DNA of 64,000 nt from Acidobacteriota bacterium (GTDB taxonomy: Bacteria > Acidobacteriota > Polarisedimenticolia > SMYD01). The notes below the pieces were generated by a model. The model did no database searches and was not told the origin of the DNA. It saw only the letters and a list, made by a program, of their open reading frames with translations. How positions within the stretch are numbered: the stretch's first letter is position 1; each line of letters opens with the position of its first letter. The stretch covers positions 25,112 through 89,111 of the forward strand of contig JBHHZI010000001.1 of NCBI GenBank assembly GCA_046757965.1, read 5' to 3'. Shown here piece after piece: positions 48,476-59,400 of the stretch. The position numbers were made by a program, and so were the translations under genes.

Positions 48476-49998
48476 GAGGCGCCACCCATCTGTGTGCCAT
48501 GGCTCTCCTGGTCTTGCTTCCCACCGGTCCCCGACTCGCCCGGGAAGCTCGGGTTCCGGACGACATCTACAAGGGGGGTGTCGTGGGGCTGCAGGTGACC
48601 TACCAGAACTGGGACGAAGATCGGCCCTGGGCCAAGCACACACCAAAGTCCCGCAGCGTATCAGGCGTGATGATCGATGCCACCCATATCCTCACGACCG
48701 CCGACATCATCGATCAGGCCACATTCCTGCAACTGCGAACCTTCGGCCGCTCGCGGCAGGTGGAGCCCCGGATCGTTCTGGTGGACCCCGGCATCAACCT
48801 GGCGCTCCTCGAGATCGTCGATCCTGTATCGCTGGACGGCCTGGCTCCCGTGCCGATCGCCAGCGAGACGCCCACGTCCGGTGATCTACGCACTGTCCGA
48901 TGGCGTGGACAGCAGCTCGAATCGGCGGTCTCCCGGGTGCTGCGGTTCGACGTGTCCCGGGCCTGGGGCAGCCGGGTGAAGCACGCCTTCCTGTACATGC
49001 GCACCGACGTGGCTCGCGGCGGCTGGGCCGAGCCTGTGTTCGATGACGGGAAACTGGTCGGCATCACCGTGTCTCAATCGGATCAGGTGAGCCGCGCCAT
49101 TCCTGTGGAGATCCTGCGAGCCTTCCTCGAACGGGCCGCCGACCCGGGCGGATATGTCGGCTTTCCGGCGGTCGGTGTCTTCTGGCAGGTCAACCGGGAC
49201 CCCGCGGTGAGCCACTACCTGGGTCAGCAGGGCGAACCACGCGGTGTTCTCGTGCGACAGGTGCCGTGGGGGTCATCGGGGTGCGGAGTCGTCAAACCCA
49301 GAGACATCCTGCTCGAGATCGACGGCTACCCCATCGACGCGGAGGGATTCACGCGACACCAGCGGCTGGGGCGCATCCAGTTCGGCCACATTCTCACCGA
49401 ATTCCACCGGCCGGGCGATTTGATCGACGTGCGCGTGCTACGCCACCGAGAGGAAAAACAACTGACCATGACCCTTCGAGAGTACCCGCTGGCTCTCGAC
49501 CTCATCCCGGCCCGCCGTGCCGGTCCGCCGGCCTACGTCATCGTCGGTGGCCTCGTCCTGCGTGAACTGGATGTGCCTTACCTGCACACCTGGGGAAACG
49601 ACTGGCTCAAGCAGGCGCCGATCTCTCTTCTCACACGCTACTACCTTGACCAGGATCGCCAGACGCCGGGGCAGCGACGCCTCGTTCTGATCTCATCGGT
49701 GCTTCCGGCCCCGTACAATATCGGCTACCAGAATCTGGCTGACGAGGTGATCGAGACCATCAACGGGCACGCCATCGGGTCCATCGCCGACGTGCTCCAG
49801 GCCCTCGACGACCCCCAGGACGGATTTCACGTCATCCGCCTCGCGCCGGACTCGACCCGCACGGAGGTCGTGCTCGACGCGGCGACATTCGATGCCGCCA
49901 CCGAAGAGATCGCCCACACCTACCAGGTTCCCACGCCGTTCCGGCTTCCCGCGTCTCCCCTGCCTCCCGGCGGGGGTTCGTGTGACGGAGATTTCTGA
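48472..49998 (+). CDS. HtrA-like paralog that lacks the catalytic serine (a likely pseudo-protease) with PDZ-like domains
   Basis: Same trypsin-fold layout, but the GNSGGP motif is replaced by GGWAEP (Ser to Trp). 4-nt ATGA overlap with the upstream active HtrA gene. Confidence 0.7.
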   Translation: MRGATHLCAMALLVLLPTGPRLAREARVPDDIYKGGVVGLQVTYQNWDEDRPWAKHTPKSRSVSGVMIDATHILTTADIIDQATFLQLRTFGRSRQVEPRIVLVDPGINLALLEIVDPVSLDGLAPVPIASETPTSGDLRTVRWRGQQLESAVSRVLRFDVSRAWGSRVKHAFLYMRTDVARGGWAEPVFDDGKLVGITVSQSDQVSRAIPVEILRAFLERAADPGGYVGFPAVGVFWQVNRDPAVSHYLGQQGEPRGVLVRQVPWGSSGCGVVKPRDILLEIDGYPIDAEGFTRHQRLGRIQFGHILTEFHRPGDLIDVRVLRHREEKQLTMTLREYPLALDLIPARRAGPPAYVIVGGLVLRELDVPYLHTWGNDWLKQAPISLLTRYYLDQDRQTPGQRRLVLISSVLPAPYNIGYQNLADEVIETINGHAIGSIADVLQALDDPQDGFHVIRLAPDSTRTEVVLDAATFDAATEEIAHTYQVPTPFRLPASPLPPGGGSCDGDF

Positions 49999-50014
49999 CC
50001 CGATACCGCGGCGA

Positions 50015-52198
50015 TCACTGGCAGGCGGAGACCTGCTGGGCCAGGCAGGCGACAACGCCACGAGACCGCTCGGCGCCGGCGCCGGTGGTGCCGTGGGAGC
50101 CCTCGTGGAAGCCGTTGCTGGCCGCGATCAGGTAATAGCGATCGCCGGCGCCTGGTGTGAACGTCACCGTGGTGCCCCCGCCGGTACTGCAGAACCGTGG
50201 AACATGGCTGGTGAACTCTCCCAGCGTGCCCTCGTAGAGACCGTAATCCGTGTCGGTCGCCGTGCACGACACCGGCCAGGTGGCCACGATATCCCCACCC
50301 GCCGTCGAGGACAGGGTGAGAATGCCGGCGACGGCCCCTGCGGCGCCACTGCAGTCCGTCCCGCACGCCGCCGTCGTCTCACCGCCGTCGCAGACGCCGT
50401 CGCCGCAACAGGACGCAATGGCGGGAGTCTCGATGCAGGCGAAACCGCCGGATGTGCACCGGCTGTCCGCACACGACCCTCCCTGGCCGCAGCAGAACCG
50501 ACCCGACGGCGGGCCATTCGTCACGCCGTTGCAATCGGCCGCGCAGCTGGCGCAGTCTTCACCGTCCGCCGCCTCACAGATGCCGTTGCCGCAGGCGGCG
50601 GTTCCCGACGCCGGGCAATCGGCGGAGCAGGTATTGCAATCCTCCACGCCGTTGCACACGCCATCTCCACAGGCCGGCCCGCAGGCTGGATCGGCGCTGC
50701 ACTCGAAGTCGGCGCAATCCGTGAAGCCATCGCAGTCGTTGTCCAGGCCATCACTACACAGTGTCTCGCTCGGGGCCGGAGCGCCACAATCGGCCGGACA
50801 ACCACAGGCATCCTCGCTCGCCGCGCAGATGCCATCACCACAGACAGCCGTCGGCACCAGGTTGAGGGAGCTGATGACGTCGATGCGGCCATGGCCAAAG
50901 ACGGGGTCGAAGCCTGGAGCGCCGAGATCGACGGCGCCATCGCGAATGAACTGTCTCACCTCGGCCGGTGTCAGGGTCGGGTCGGCACTGAGCAACAGCG
51001 CCGCCAGCCCCGCCACGTGGGGCGAGGCCTGGCTGGTGCCGCAGAATCCCACGAGACCGCTGGGACTCATTGTCGAGTCCGCCGAGAAGGTCAGGCAACC
51101 GGGAGCGGCCACGTCGATCTGGCTGCTGTGATTGCTGAAGCAGGCGATCTGGTCGACCACGGGCCCCGTGTCCGTACAGGTCTGCGCGCAGCCGCCGCCG
51201 GCATTGGTGCTCACGCAGAACGTGAAGGCATCCTGCGTGGGAAACTCGCAGTTCGGAAAGTCGTCGTCATAGGTCGCCGCCACTGCCATCACCTTCGAAC
51301 CGCACGCCGGCGTGCCGATGGCGTCGGTCTGGCCCTCGTTCCCGGCCGAGGAGACAACGACCACGCCGGCATCCACCGCTGCGTTGGCCGCGGCCGCGGC
51401 CGTGTCGGTATCACAGGCTGTGGAGAACGCTCCACCGCCCAGGCTCATGTTGATCACATCGGCCCGACCGCCGGACGGTGTCTGGTCCGCGCAGTAGTCG
51501 ATCCCCGCGATGACATCGGAGAACATCCCCGAACCGGTGGAGCCGAGGACCTTCACGCCGATCAGCGTGGCCGCCGGGGCGATACCCTGGAACGGCTCCG
51601 GCCCCACACAGCCGAAATCGACCGTGACCCCGGTGCCGCCCAGCACGGTGCCGGCAACATGGGAACCGTGGCCGTTGTCGTCCTCCGGATTGTTGTCGTT
51701 GTTGACGAAGTCCCGACCTGCCGCGGTATCGATCCGGCTGGCATACATGATGTGGTCGGAGTCGATGCCGGTATCGACGACACAGACCCGGATGCCGTTG
51801 CCGTCGGCGGACAGGCCGGCGCCGGTGATCTGACTCGCCAGGCCCCGGACCAGCGGCGTGCTGTCATTCAGATGCGCATGGGCGATGCCGTCCGCTTCCA
51901 CACGCACCACACCCGGAGCCCGTTCGAGAGCATGAAGTGCGGTCGCCGGGATGCCACGCAGGTTGAGAAGGTCGGGAAGGATGCGGTATTCGTGGGCCAC
52001 GCGACCGCCCTGGTTCCTGGCGAACGCCCGGACGGCCGCCCGGTCGGCGCCCGGATGCAGGTGCACGAGGACGCTGACGCGCTCCACCGCGGGAGGGGCG
52101 GGAGCCGGCGCCGGCGCGCCGGCGGCCAGCCCCATCACTCCGGACAACCCGGACAACCCCATGACCACGAGGACCTGGCGGCGCCACCCTCCAGCCAT
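50015..52198 (-). CDS. Secreted subtilisin-like serine protease (S8) with a C-terminal cysteine-rich repeat region
   Basis: The D/H/S triad contexts are VCVVDTGID, GHGSHVAGT and GTSQASPHVAG. Signal peptide. About 250 aa of CGDGVC/CxxC repeats at the C-terminus. Confidence 0.85.
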   Translation of the reverse strand: MAGGWRRQVLVVMGLSGLSGVMGLAAGAPAPAPAPPAVERVSVLVHLHPGADRAAVRAFARNQGGRVAHEYRILPDLLNLRGIPATALHALERAPGVVRVEADGIAHAHLNDSTPLVRGLASQITGAGLSADGNGIRVCVVDTGIDSDHIMYASRIDTAAGRDFVNNDNNPEDDNGHGSHVAGTVLGGTGVTVDFGCVGPEPFQGIAPAATLIGVKVLGSTGSGMFSDVIAGIDYCADQTPSGGRADVINMSLGGGAFSTACDTDTAAAAANAAVDAGVVVVSSAGNEGQTDAIGTPACGSKVMAVAATYDDDFPNCEFPTQDAFTFCVSTNAGGGCAQTCTDTGPVVDQIACFSNHSSQIDVAAPGCLTFSADSTMSPSGLVGFCGTSQASPHVAGLAALLLSADPTLTPAEVRQFIRDGAVDLGAPGFDPVFGHGRIDVISSLNLVPTAVCGDGICAASEDACGCPADCGAPAPSETLCSDGLDNDCDGFTDCADFECSADPACGPACGDGVCNGVEDCNTCSADCPASGTAACGNGICEAADGEDCASCAADCNGVTNGPPSGRFCCGQGGSCADSRCTSGGFACIETPAIASCCGDGVCDGGETTAACGTDCSGAAGAVAGILTLSSTAGGDIVATWPVSCTATDTDYGLYEGTLGEFTSHVPRFCSTGGGTTVTFTPGAGDRYYLIAASNGFHEGSHGTTGAGAERSRGVVACLAQQVSACQ

Positions 52199-52441
52199 GA
52201 CCCCGGGCCGGTGCGCCAGGATCCTGCAGAAGGCAGGGATGCGCCTGCGCCTGGTCGTCTCGTCCAGCCCCAGTCCCTCCAAGGACCCGGGCCGGCCACT
52301 TCTGAGCCGCCCGTCCATCGATCAGCCTCCCCCGCCCGCGCCGCGAGCCGTCTGAATATACGACGACACGGTCCACCCGTCGACGCCTGGCCGGCATAAA
52401 TCCCGTTTGCCGAGAATGGCCTGGAGGGCCGCTGCACCGGG

Positions 52442-54280
52442 TCATCGAGGCCCCGCGATCCTGACCTTCGACAGAAAGGGGTGGTCCGGACCCAGGAGAG
52501 CCACCAGGTCGATCCGCAGTCCTTCCTGGATCTCCTCCACGGCGGCGAGCGCCTGCCGGCGGTGCGTGATCTCCCGGCCGGTCAGCGTTTCGAGGAAGGG
52601 CCATGGTTCGTCCGGCAACCGGATACGGACCAGGGCAAGATCGTCGCCTGGCTCGACAACCACCTCCAGGACTCCCGACTCGTCCAGTTCGCGGGCCAGT
52701 GTTGTCTGGAGGACCCCGAGCGGCACATCCATCTCGAGCCGCCCGCCGCCCCCGGCATCGAACCGTCCCAGCAAGCCACCCCCTTCGAGAACGCCACCCA
52801 CGGGCAGCGGCGGCGGCGCCGGCGTCAAGAGATCGGCGCGCAGCCAGCATCCCGAGTCTTCATCCTCGACCCACGTCTGTCCCGACAGGACATACCGATC
52901 TGCCGGCCGGACACGGGTCCCTCTCGCCAGGCGGCCAGCGCCTCCCGTGGGATCCGGCCGGTCCGGTGCCCGCCAGCAGCGCACGCCGAGGTCATCCCCC
53001 ACCGGGAGAACCCACCGCGGCCCGATCTCTTCCGCATCGTCATCGTTCTGTCCGGTTCGCGACACCGGCGCGGCCTTGTCGATGTTGACGATGGCGACAT
53101 TCTCGCGAGCGAATGTGCGGCGGGCAAACGACACATCTGGCGCGGCCACATCGCCGAACCGGGCCGCTCGGCGCATCAGAACCCGACGCGCCGCCCGCGC
53201 CACCAGACCGCGGCCGGCGGAGGGGCGGCGCACCACTCTCACCAGCGCCGGCGAGATCGCAGGATGACGCCTGCCCTGGAGAGACCAGATGATCTCCGCA
53301 TGAACGGCTTCCGCGGCGGGCTCGTCGAGGAACGCCACGAGACGCTGCGCGGCCCGGTCCTGGGAGAACCTCGTCAGCGACCGGACTGCCCGGACGCGCG
53401 TTGCGTGGTCGGTCCGGTGAGACAGATCGAGGAGCAGGTCGAGAACCTCCGGCGACTGCGTCCCTCCGGCGAGCGCCTCGATGGCCCGGAGAGACAGGCG
53501 GCGCGGCCCGACTCGCACCACCGACATCAGCGCCTCTTGCGCTGTCGGAGTGTGCAATCGAGACAGGGCGTCCACCGCGGCTTGCGCCAGATCCAGATCG
53601 TCCTCGGTCAGAAGGGCAACGAAGTCATCCTCGAAGGGTGCCGATCCGAACCCGGCCAGAACCTGAAGCAGGTCGGCCCGGACCCAGCCCGGGATGCCCG
53701 GCTCGGCCCACCAGCGTTCCAGCCCATCCCGCAACTCCGCCGGCAGATCTTCGTCCGAGTAGGTCACCTCCAGATAGGAGAGCGCGGCGCGACGTTCGTT
53801 CACCGTGCCATCGTGCAGATACTGAGAGAAGATCCAGTCGGCCATGTCGCCCGAGACCCAGATCAACTCCTTCAGCAGCGAATAACGGATCCAGCCGTCG
53901 GGCTCCGCCTGCAGAACCGCCATCACCTCCGCACCAGTCTCCTCGTTCAGTTCGTCCGGAATCCAGGCATCGTCGCCGGCGACAGCGAGGCGTTCGTCAT
54001 CGGTGCCGGTCCACAGGGTGACCATCGCGGCCGAGAACGCCGCACATTCCGAGCAGGTCTCTTCCGGACCGGTGCGAGAGTCGCCCCGAACCGGCTCCAC
54101 CGGGCTGAGCAGGGCCAGGGTCAGGATGACGATGGTGACGACCCGTTGGACGCGGCGACAATTCAGAGAATCGAGATACACAGGGGGCCTCCGTTCTCCC
54201 CCTGAAATCGCCGCGTCCCGATCGTAGCAACGCGTCCGCTGCCGTTCCTCCGATTCGGCGATTGGCGCGGGGTCCGACAC
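52442..54280 (-). CDS. HEAT/PBS-lyase-like repeat protein, membrane-anchored, hypothetical
   Basis: Repeats of the RVRAVRSL/AIEALAGG type. One N-terminal hydrophobic segment. No catalytic motif. Confidence 0.6.
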   Translation of the reverse strand: MSDPAPIAESEERQRTRCYDRDAAISGGERRPPVYLDSLNCRRVQRVVTIVILTLALLSPVEPVRGDSRTGPEETCSECAAFSAAMVTLWTGTDDERLAVAGDDAWIPDELNEETGAEVMAVLQAEPDGWIRYSLLKELIWVSGDMADWIFSQYLHDGTVNERRAALSYLEVTYSDEDLPAELRDGLERWWAEPGIPGWVRADLLQVLAGFGSAPFEDDFVALLTEDDLDLAQAAVDALSRLHTPTAQEALMSVVRVGPRRLSLRAIEALAGGTQSPEVLDLLLDLSHRTDHATRVRAVRSLTRFSQDRAAQRLVAFLDEPAAEAVHAEIIWSLQGRRHPAISPALVRVVRRPSAGRGLVARAARRVLMRRAARFGDVAAPDVSFARRTFARENVAIVNIDKAAPVSRTGQNDDDAEEIGPRWVLPVGDDLGVRCWRAPDRPDPTGGAGRLARGTRVRPADRYVLSGQTWVEDEDSGCWLRADLLTPAPPPLPVGGVLEGGGLLGRFDAGGGGRLEMDVPLGVLQTTLARELDESGVLEVVVEPGDDLALVRIRLPDEPWPFLETLTGREITHRRQALAAVEEIQEGLRIDLVALLGPDHPFLSKVRIAGPR

Positions 54281-54439
54281 GCGCGACTGTGCAGCGGCGA
54301 TGCCGCAAACATCGTCCCGGAACCGGCCGGAGCTCGCGCGCCAAGCGATTCATGACGCCCGGATGCGGTCCCCGGCCCACGACCCACCGATCGGCCGTCC
54401 TCTTCAATCCGTGATGAGGTGCTGAGTTCGCGGTGGGCG

Positions 54440-57400
54440 TCAGTGCCGCGGTTGCGTCAGATCGACAGTGACCTGCTCCCCCACCTGCGTCTCGATGGGG
54501 AAGCTGCCACTCTCGATGTCACTGAGGATGAAGTCGCCGGCCGGAAAGTGTTCGAACCTCACTCGGAGGACGCTGGCCGGCATCTTGTCCACATCGCCTC
54601 GAGACAGCAACGGAAGCAGAATCGAGTGCGTCAGATCGAACCGTGCATCGCGCAGACGAAGGCGCGCCTCAACGTCGTCGGTCCCCGCGGGCAGCCACAA
54701 CTCCACAACCGAACCCCGGTCCAGCGGGATCTCCATCTCCGTCGGTTGGCCCGGCTCCACGCGCACCGCCGGTTTCCGTGTCGGCGCCGATGACCCACAC
54801 GTCCCCCAGATGTCATACTCCCCGGCCTTCACTGCATCGAAGCGGACGTGGCCCAGGGCATCGGTGTCGCTTCCATACTGCTCTTCCGATTGCAGCAGCA
54901 GGACATACCCTTGACAGCCGCTGGTGGAGTTCGGAGCCACGAGCTGCACCTGCACCTCGCTGCCGCGATACAACGGTAAGGCGGCCGTCCGTCCGGTCAG
55001 CAGACGCTCGACGCCAACCTCATCGGGGAGATAGTCGGGGTGGTAGAGAGAGACGCCCCGGCTGGGTTCCTTCAGGTGGAGCCGAAACCGACCTTCGCCG
55101 TCCGACCGTGAGGCGTTCAAATCGGCTGTCCATCCTTGAACCTCACTGTAGTTGCCGCCTCGGGAGAGGTTCTGAATCATGAACGAACTGAGTGGTTCCT
55201 GGACTGACGTGGTCACCTCGACCCCGGGAAGCAGCGCTCCGTAGTCTCCATCGATGGTCACCCCCTCGACACGGACGGACCCAACGTCCAGATCGTAGCG
55301 CGCACCTGACTCGTCGACACCCACGATGCGGTTGGCGATTTCCGCGTCGAGAAGAGCCTGAAGAATATAGGTGCCGGGACTGAGGTGCCGGAGATCGAAC
55401 GAGCCGTCGTCGTGGCTCCGGGTGGTGTGCAGCGTCATATTCTCCGGCGCGGACCCTTGCTGCTCCAGACGAACGCTCCGGACGAGAACCCCTCCCAGAG
55501 GAACGCCGCCCTCGAGGATACGTCCGCTCAGCACGCTTCCCAGAGCAATCTCGATGTGATTCACGTCACCGGGTTCGAGATGAACCCTGCGTTCCACTCG
55601 CTCGTCGAATTCTTCCACCAGCGGGTCGGTCAGAACCAGGTGGGCATCTCCAGCAGGTAGGTCATCCATGGCGAACGAGCCTGAAGAATCGGTTTCGCCG
55701 TGTCGCTTCCACCCAGGTCCCGACAGCTCGACCTGCCAGGACTGCATCACGACATCGCCCTGTCCCCGGACGCGGCCCTCCAGTCGGATCCCCTCCGCAA
55801 GCAGCACCGTGACGGACGATTCGCCATGAACCTTTACCTGCTGCGGAGCGAACCCGGAATGCTCCACGACTACCACCTGAGTCTGTTCGTCCGCGAGATC
55901 ACAAAGTGAAAAGTGTCCCGTCTCGTCCGTGTACGTCAGGGTCGTCTGGGAGTTCGCGGTGAGGCTGAACCCGACGGGAACCGGGTGAATGGCCGCATCG
56001 GCGAGAGGTGCCTCGGATGCTCGCGTCAGAACAACCCCTCCCGCGCAGATCCCGGGCTCCATGAGCACGGTGACCTCCGGTTCCTCGCCCGTTCCGATCT
56101 CGACGGATCGGCTGCGCTCGATGTATCCGCGAGCCGAGACAGTCAGCGTGTAATGTCCATCGAGAAGCCCATCTATCGTGAAGCGCCCCTGAGAATCCGA
56201 ATGTGTCGCGGGTGGAGTGCCATGAATCCTGAGAAGGCGCAGGTCCGGGTGCATCGCGTCGATGTCGAGTGGCGCTATCTGAACCTGGAACAGAGTGATC
56301 GGCAGTCCTCCGTCCGCTTCGAGGACCTCGCCCCGAAGTCTTCCACCACGGACCAGGTGCAATGGCAACAGAGGCCCAGGCACAGTGACCCTTTCCCTCA
56401 AGACCGGGATAAAACCGTCCGCGCGCACCTCGACATCGTAGGTGCCCTCCGGAATTCTGCGGAGAGTAGCACGACCGTCGGCACTCGTTTCCCCGTCCCC
56501 GACCTTGTTGCGCCCCCCCCGGCGTTCATACGCGGTGACCTGCGCCGCCTCGATGGGTACGCCCGTTTCTTCTTCCACGCTGACGTTCAGAGCCGGCGCG
56601 TGCGCAAGCGCGACGTTGCCCAGGTCAAGGATTTTCCCGGCCACGAGTTCGACGTCCGCCAGCACGCGGTCCACAGCCTCGTCTCCGCCGACCGTTGGCC
56701 GGTACCAGCCGGCCGGAAGATCGAGCGTGACACACGGAGTGTCCGTGGCTCCGGTCGCTGTCAGGGAGAGCATCTCGAGTTGCTCCAGATCACGGATCGC
56801 CCGCTGTCGACTGCCGACTCTGAGTTGAAACGGCACGACAGGATCGTCCGTGCCTTCCCATACGCCACACACCTGCAGGTGGGCATAGGGGACCGCATCA
56901 ATCTGGAGGCCGGCGGACTCGACGGTGTCGGCCACGGCAACGCCAAAGAGTCCGCCTCCATGAGCCTCCGCCAGGACGACCGCCCCCTCAGGAAAGGAGC
57001 CCAGCACGAACCGTCCGTCGACCCCCGTGCCGGCAACGAGGTGGTGCTTCGAGTCCGCGCCGCCGGGACCGGTCAACCAGGCATTCACCTCGGCCTGCGA
57101 CACGGGATGATGTCGCGCGTCGACGACCACACCCCTCAACTCGATGGCCCGATCGAGAGGAATGTCCACTGGACGGGCCTGACCTGGGACGAATGAATCC
57201 ATGTCGACCGGGAAGAAGCCCGGCGCTTCCACGCGAACACGATAGGGATGACTTGACAGTCCATCGATACGGAACGTGCCATCCTTGCCTGTCACCGCCC
57301 GTTCCACCTCCGTGCCGTCGATCAGCAGGAGAACGACCGTGGCGCCAGCAATGGGCCCGCGGTGGTTTGCGGTGACCACCCGCCCGGTCCAGGACAGCTG

Positions 57401-57754
57401 GTGGCGGAGTCGAACGGGCAAGAAGGACGCACGATCTGGCACCGGAATCTCGCGTCGCAGGAATCCGGCGGCCTCGACCAGCAAGATCGCCCTCCCGGGA
57501 CCGGGCGACGCCAGCTCGAACCCGCCGCGATCGTCCGCGAGCACCGGGGCCACGGTGGCAACCCCTTTCCACGCAAGGCGGGCTCCCGGCACGACCTCGC
57601 CCTGTTCATCCCGAACAACGCCGCGCAGAGGGGACGATGCATCGCTCGCTGTCCTGGCGGACGCGGCGAACAAGAGTCCAATGAGCACAACCGCCGCCGC
57701 CGCGCCGCCCGATGAAGAACAATACAAGCACCGAAAACGATGGCCTGATCGCAT
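54440..57754 (-). CDS. Large secreted protein made of tandem carboxypeptidase-regulatory-like (CarboxypepD_reg/CNA-B-type) beta-sandwich domains
   Basis: More than 10 repeats of about 80-90 aa. Each begins GxVxDxxGxPxxGAxV and contains conserved G/D/E positions. A signal-like N-terminus after Met 57754. Confidence 0.75.
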   Translation of the reverse strand: MRSGHRFRCLYCSSSGGAAAAVVLIGLLFAASARTASDASSPLRGVVRDEQGEVVPGARLAWKGVATVAPVLADDRGGFELASPGPGRAILLVEAAGFLRREIPVPDRASFLPVRLRHQLSWTGRVVTANHRGPIAGATVVLLLIDGTEVERAVTGKDGTFRIDGLSSHPYRVRVEAPGFFPVDMDSFVPGQARPVDIPLDRAIELRGVVVDARHHPVSQAEVNAWLTGPGGADSKHHLVAGTGVDGRFVLGSFPEGAVVLAEAHGGGLFGVAVADTVESAGLQIDAVPYAHLQVCGVWEGTDDPVVPFQLRVGSRQRAIRDLEQLEMLSLTATGATDTPCVTLDLPAGWYRPTVGGDEAVDRVLADVELVAGKILDLGNVALAHAPALNVSVEEETGVPIEAAQVTAYERRGGRNKVGDGETSADGRATLRRIPEGTYDVEVRADGFIPVLRERVTVPGPLLPLHLVRGGRLRGEVLEADGGLPITLFQVQIAPLDIDAMHPDLRLLRIHGTPPATHSDSQGRFTIDGLLDGHYTLTVSARGYIERSRSVEIGTGEEPEVTVLMEPGICAGGVVLTRASEAPLADAAIHPVPVGFSLTANSQTTLTYTDETGHFSLCDLADEQTQVVVVEHSGFAPQQVKVHGESSVTVLLAEGIRLEGRVRGQGDVVMQSWQVELSGPGWKRHGETDSSGSFAMDDLPAGDAHLVLTDPLVEEFDERVERRVHLEPGDVNHIEIALGSVLSGRILEGGVPLGGVLVRSVRLEQQGSAPENMTLHTTRSHDDGSFDLRHLSPGTYILQALLDAEIANRIVGVDESGARYDLDVGSVRVEGVTIDGDYGALLPGVEVTTSVQEPLSSFMIQNLSRGGNYSEVQGWTADLNASRSDGEGRFRLHLKEPSRGVSLYHPDYLPDEVGVERLLTGRTAALPLYRGSEVQVQLVAPNSTSGCQGYVLLLQSEEQYGSDTDALGHVRFDAVKAGEYDIWGTCGSSAPTRKPAVRVEPGQPTEMEIPLDRGSVVELWLPAGTDDVEARLRLRDARFDLTHSILLPLLSRGDVDKMPASVLRVRFEHFPAGDFILSDIESGSFPIETQVGEQVTVDLTQPRH

Positions 57755-57806
57755 CACACCTCTCGACGAATGTGGGGCCCGTCCCTCCCATCGGGCCCCG
57801 TCTGTT

Positions 57807-58199
57807 TCAGGATACCAGTTGGGACGATGTTGCCGCATTGTTCCACGCGATCTCCATCCCCGCGCGGTGAACAGAGCGACCGAAGAGGCCGCGAATCAGT
57901 CGTTCCGAGCGAATCGGTCGCAGATCCGGGCGTGGCGCCCAGAATCGAGAGATGATCGGCTTGATGGTCGTTGGCCCGTCATCGCCGCCACCATTGCCGG
58001 GAACCACGCAGTTGCCACTGAGATTGCAACGACCGAAAAGCTTCGAACTGTGACACGAACTGGCGCCACTACCCTCCGTGGCGGAGCAAACGCGACTTGC
58101 CGAACAGGTCACGCAAGCGCGGGGTGCCGCAGGGATACCGGCGGCGAGCATCACAACCGCTGAGAGACCGAGAACAAACGTGAGACGTTTCGAGTTCAT
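57807..58199 (-). CDS. Small secreted cysteine-rich protein (130 aa; signal peptide, then 6 Cys within about 35 aa)
   Basis: GGAAGGAG SD before ATG. Signal peptide MNSKRLTFVLGLSAVVMLAAGIPAAP. CVTCSASRVCS ... CHSSKLFGRCNLSGNC. Confidence 0.5.
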   Translation of the reverse strand: MNSKRLTFVLGLSAVVMLAAGIPAAPRACVTCSASRVCSATEGSGASSCHSSKLFGRCNLSGNCVVPGNGGGDDGPTTIKPIISRFWAPRPDLRPIRSERLIRGLFGRSVHRAGMEIAWNNAATSSQLVS

Positions 58200-58866
58200 G
58201 AAGCTCCTTCCCTTTCCGCACAGCCCGATGTCGAGATGAGACGCCAGGCGTGGGCGGTGAATGGCGCGGAGACGGCGCTGGTCACGCTCTTTCTCCGCGT
58301 ACGGTTGATGAAATATCGCCGGTGGTAGGCGACGGTTTCCTTGGAACGCAGCATGCCGATGAGACAACTCCGGACAGGCGTGGTCAGCCAACCATCCAGG
58401 AGCCAGGGCCACAGGTGGCGATACGACGCTGGCGGAGACGTTCATCATTTCACCGGTTTCTTCCCCACGACAGGTTCGACCCGGAACCTTGCCGGCAGAG
58501 ATTGGTGGTCACGGCGGAGCAAGAGGCAAATTGTGTGCCAGCTCTCCGCTTTCCCCCGGATCCATGCAGACCACCATCGAACAGCGTACCGGAGCGCAGG
58601 GAAACGGCGACGGCGGCCAAGAAAGTCGGATCCATGCACCGATTCAACCAGCCTGGAGGTCGTCTCATTCGCAGATAGAGACGGGCCGCTGCGCGCGCTC
58701 TAGGACGACTGTTCCATCTCGCACAGTGGCTGTTCTGTGTTGTCCTGCAGTGGGACATCCGGCTCTCGAGACCACGGTCCGGCGTTCATGTCCACCCGTG
58801 CCGCCCGACCTCGCCCCGCGGCATGCCGTGATACACTGCCCAAACAACGAACGAGGAGACCTGCCT

Positions 58867-59103
58867 GTGACCGAGCCGACCGTTGCCGAGAAGTACCCTG
58901 CTGTCCTGGAGCTCGAACCCGGCACTTACCACTGGTGCCGCTGCGGGCGCTCCGCCGGCCAGCCGTACTGCGACGGGTCGCATGCCGGCACGGCGTTCAC
59001 ACCGCTCACCTTCACGATCGAGGAGAAGAAGACCGTGGCCCTGTGCCAGTGCAAGGTCACCGGCAATGCTCCGTTCTGCGACGGCGCTCACAAGCGTCTC
59101 TGA
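58867..59103 (+). CDS. CDGSH iron-sulfur domain protein (two CDGSH-type motifs)
   Basis: CRCGRSAGQPYCDGSH and CQCKVTGNAPFCDGAH. GAGGAG upstream of the GTG start. The 79-aa size is typical. Confidence 0.8.
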   Translation: MTEPTVAEKYPAVLELEPGTYHWCRCGRSAGQPYCDGSHAGTAFTPLTFTIEEKKTVALCQCKVTGNAPFCDGAHKRL

Positions 59104-59400
59104 CAGATCACCGGTCTTCGCCGGCGCCGGCCACCTCTTCGAGGGAAGGGAACGGCCGGCGACAACGTCCGTCCGTCAGGTGAGCACGCCGGCCGGGAGC
59201 CTCTCCTCGATGGGTGAGCCGACGCGATGGCGGCATCTGGCCCGATCGACCGACCGTCGCCGGCAGGCCCGCCGGTGGCGCGGCACGGGCAAGACCGGCA
59301 GCCGGATCCTTCCCGGCGGGAGATGGTAGTCTGTGGGTGACTCTCGCGGACGTGAGGCGCCCCATCTGAACCGCGGGGTCGCACCACGGGAGGGCTTGTC

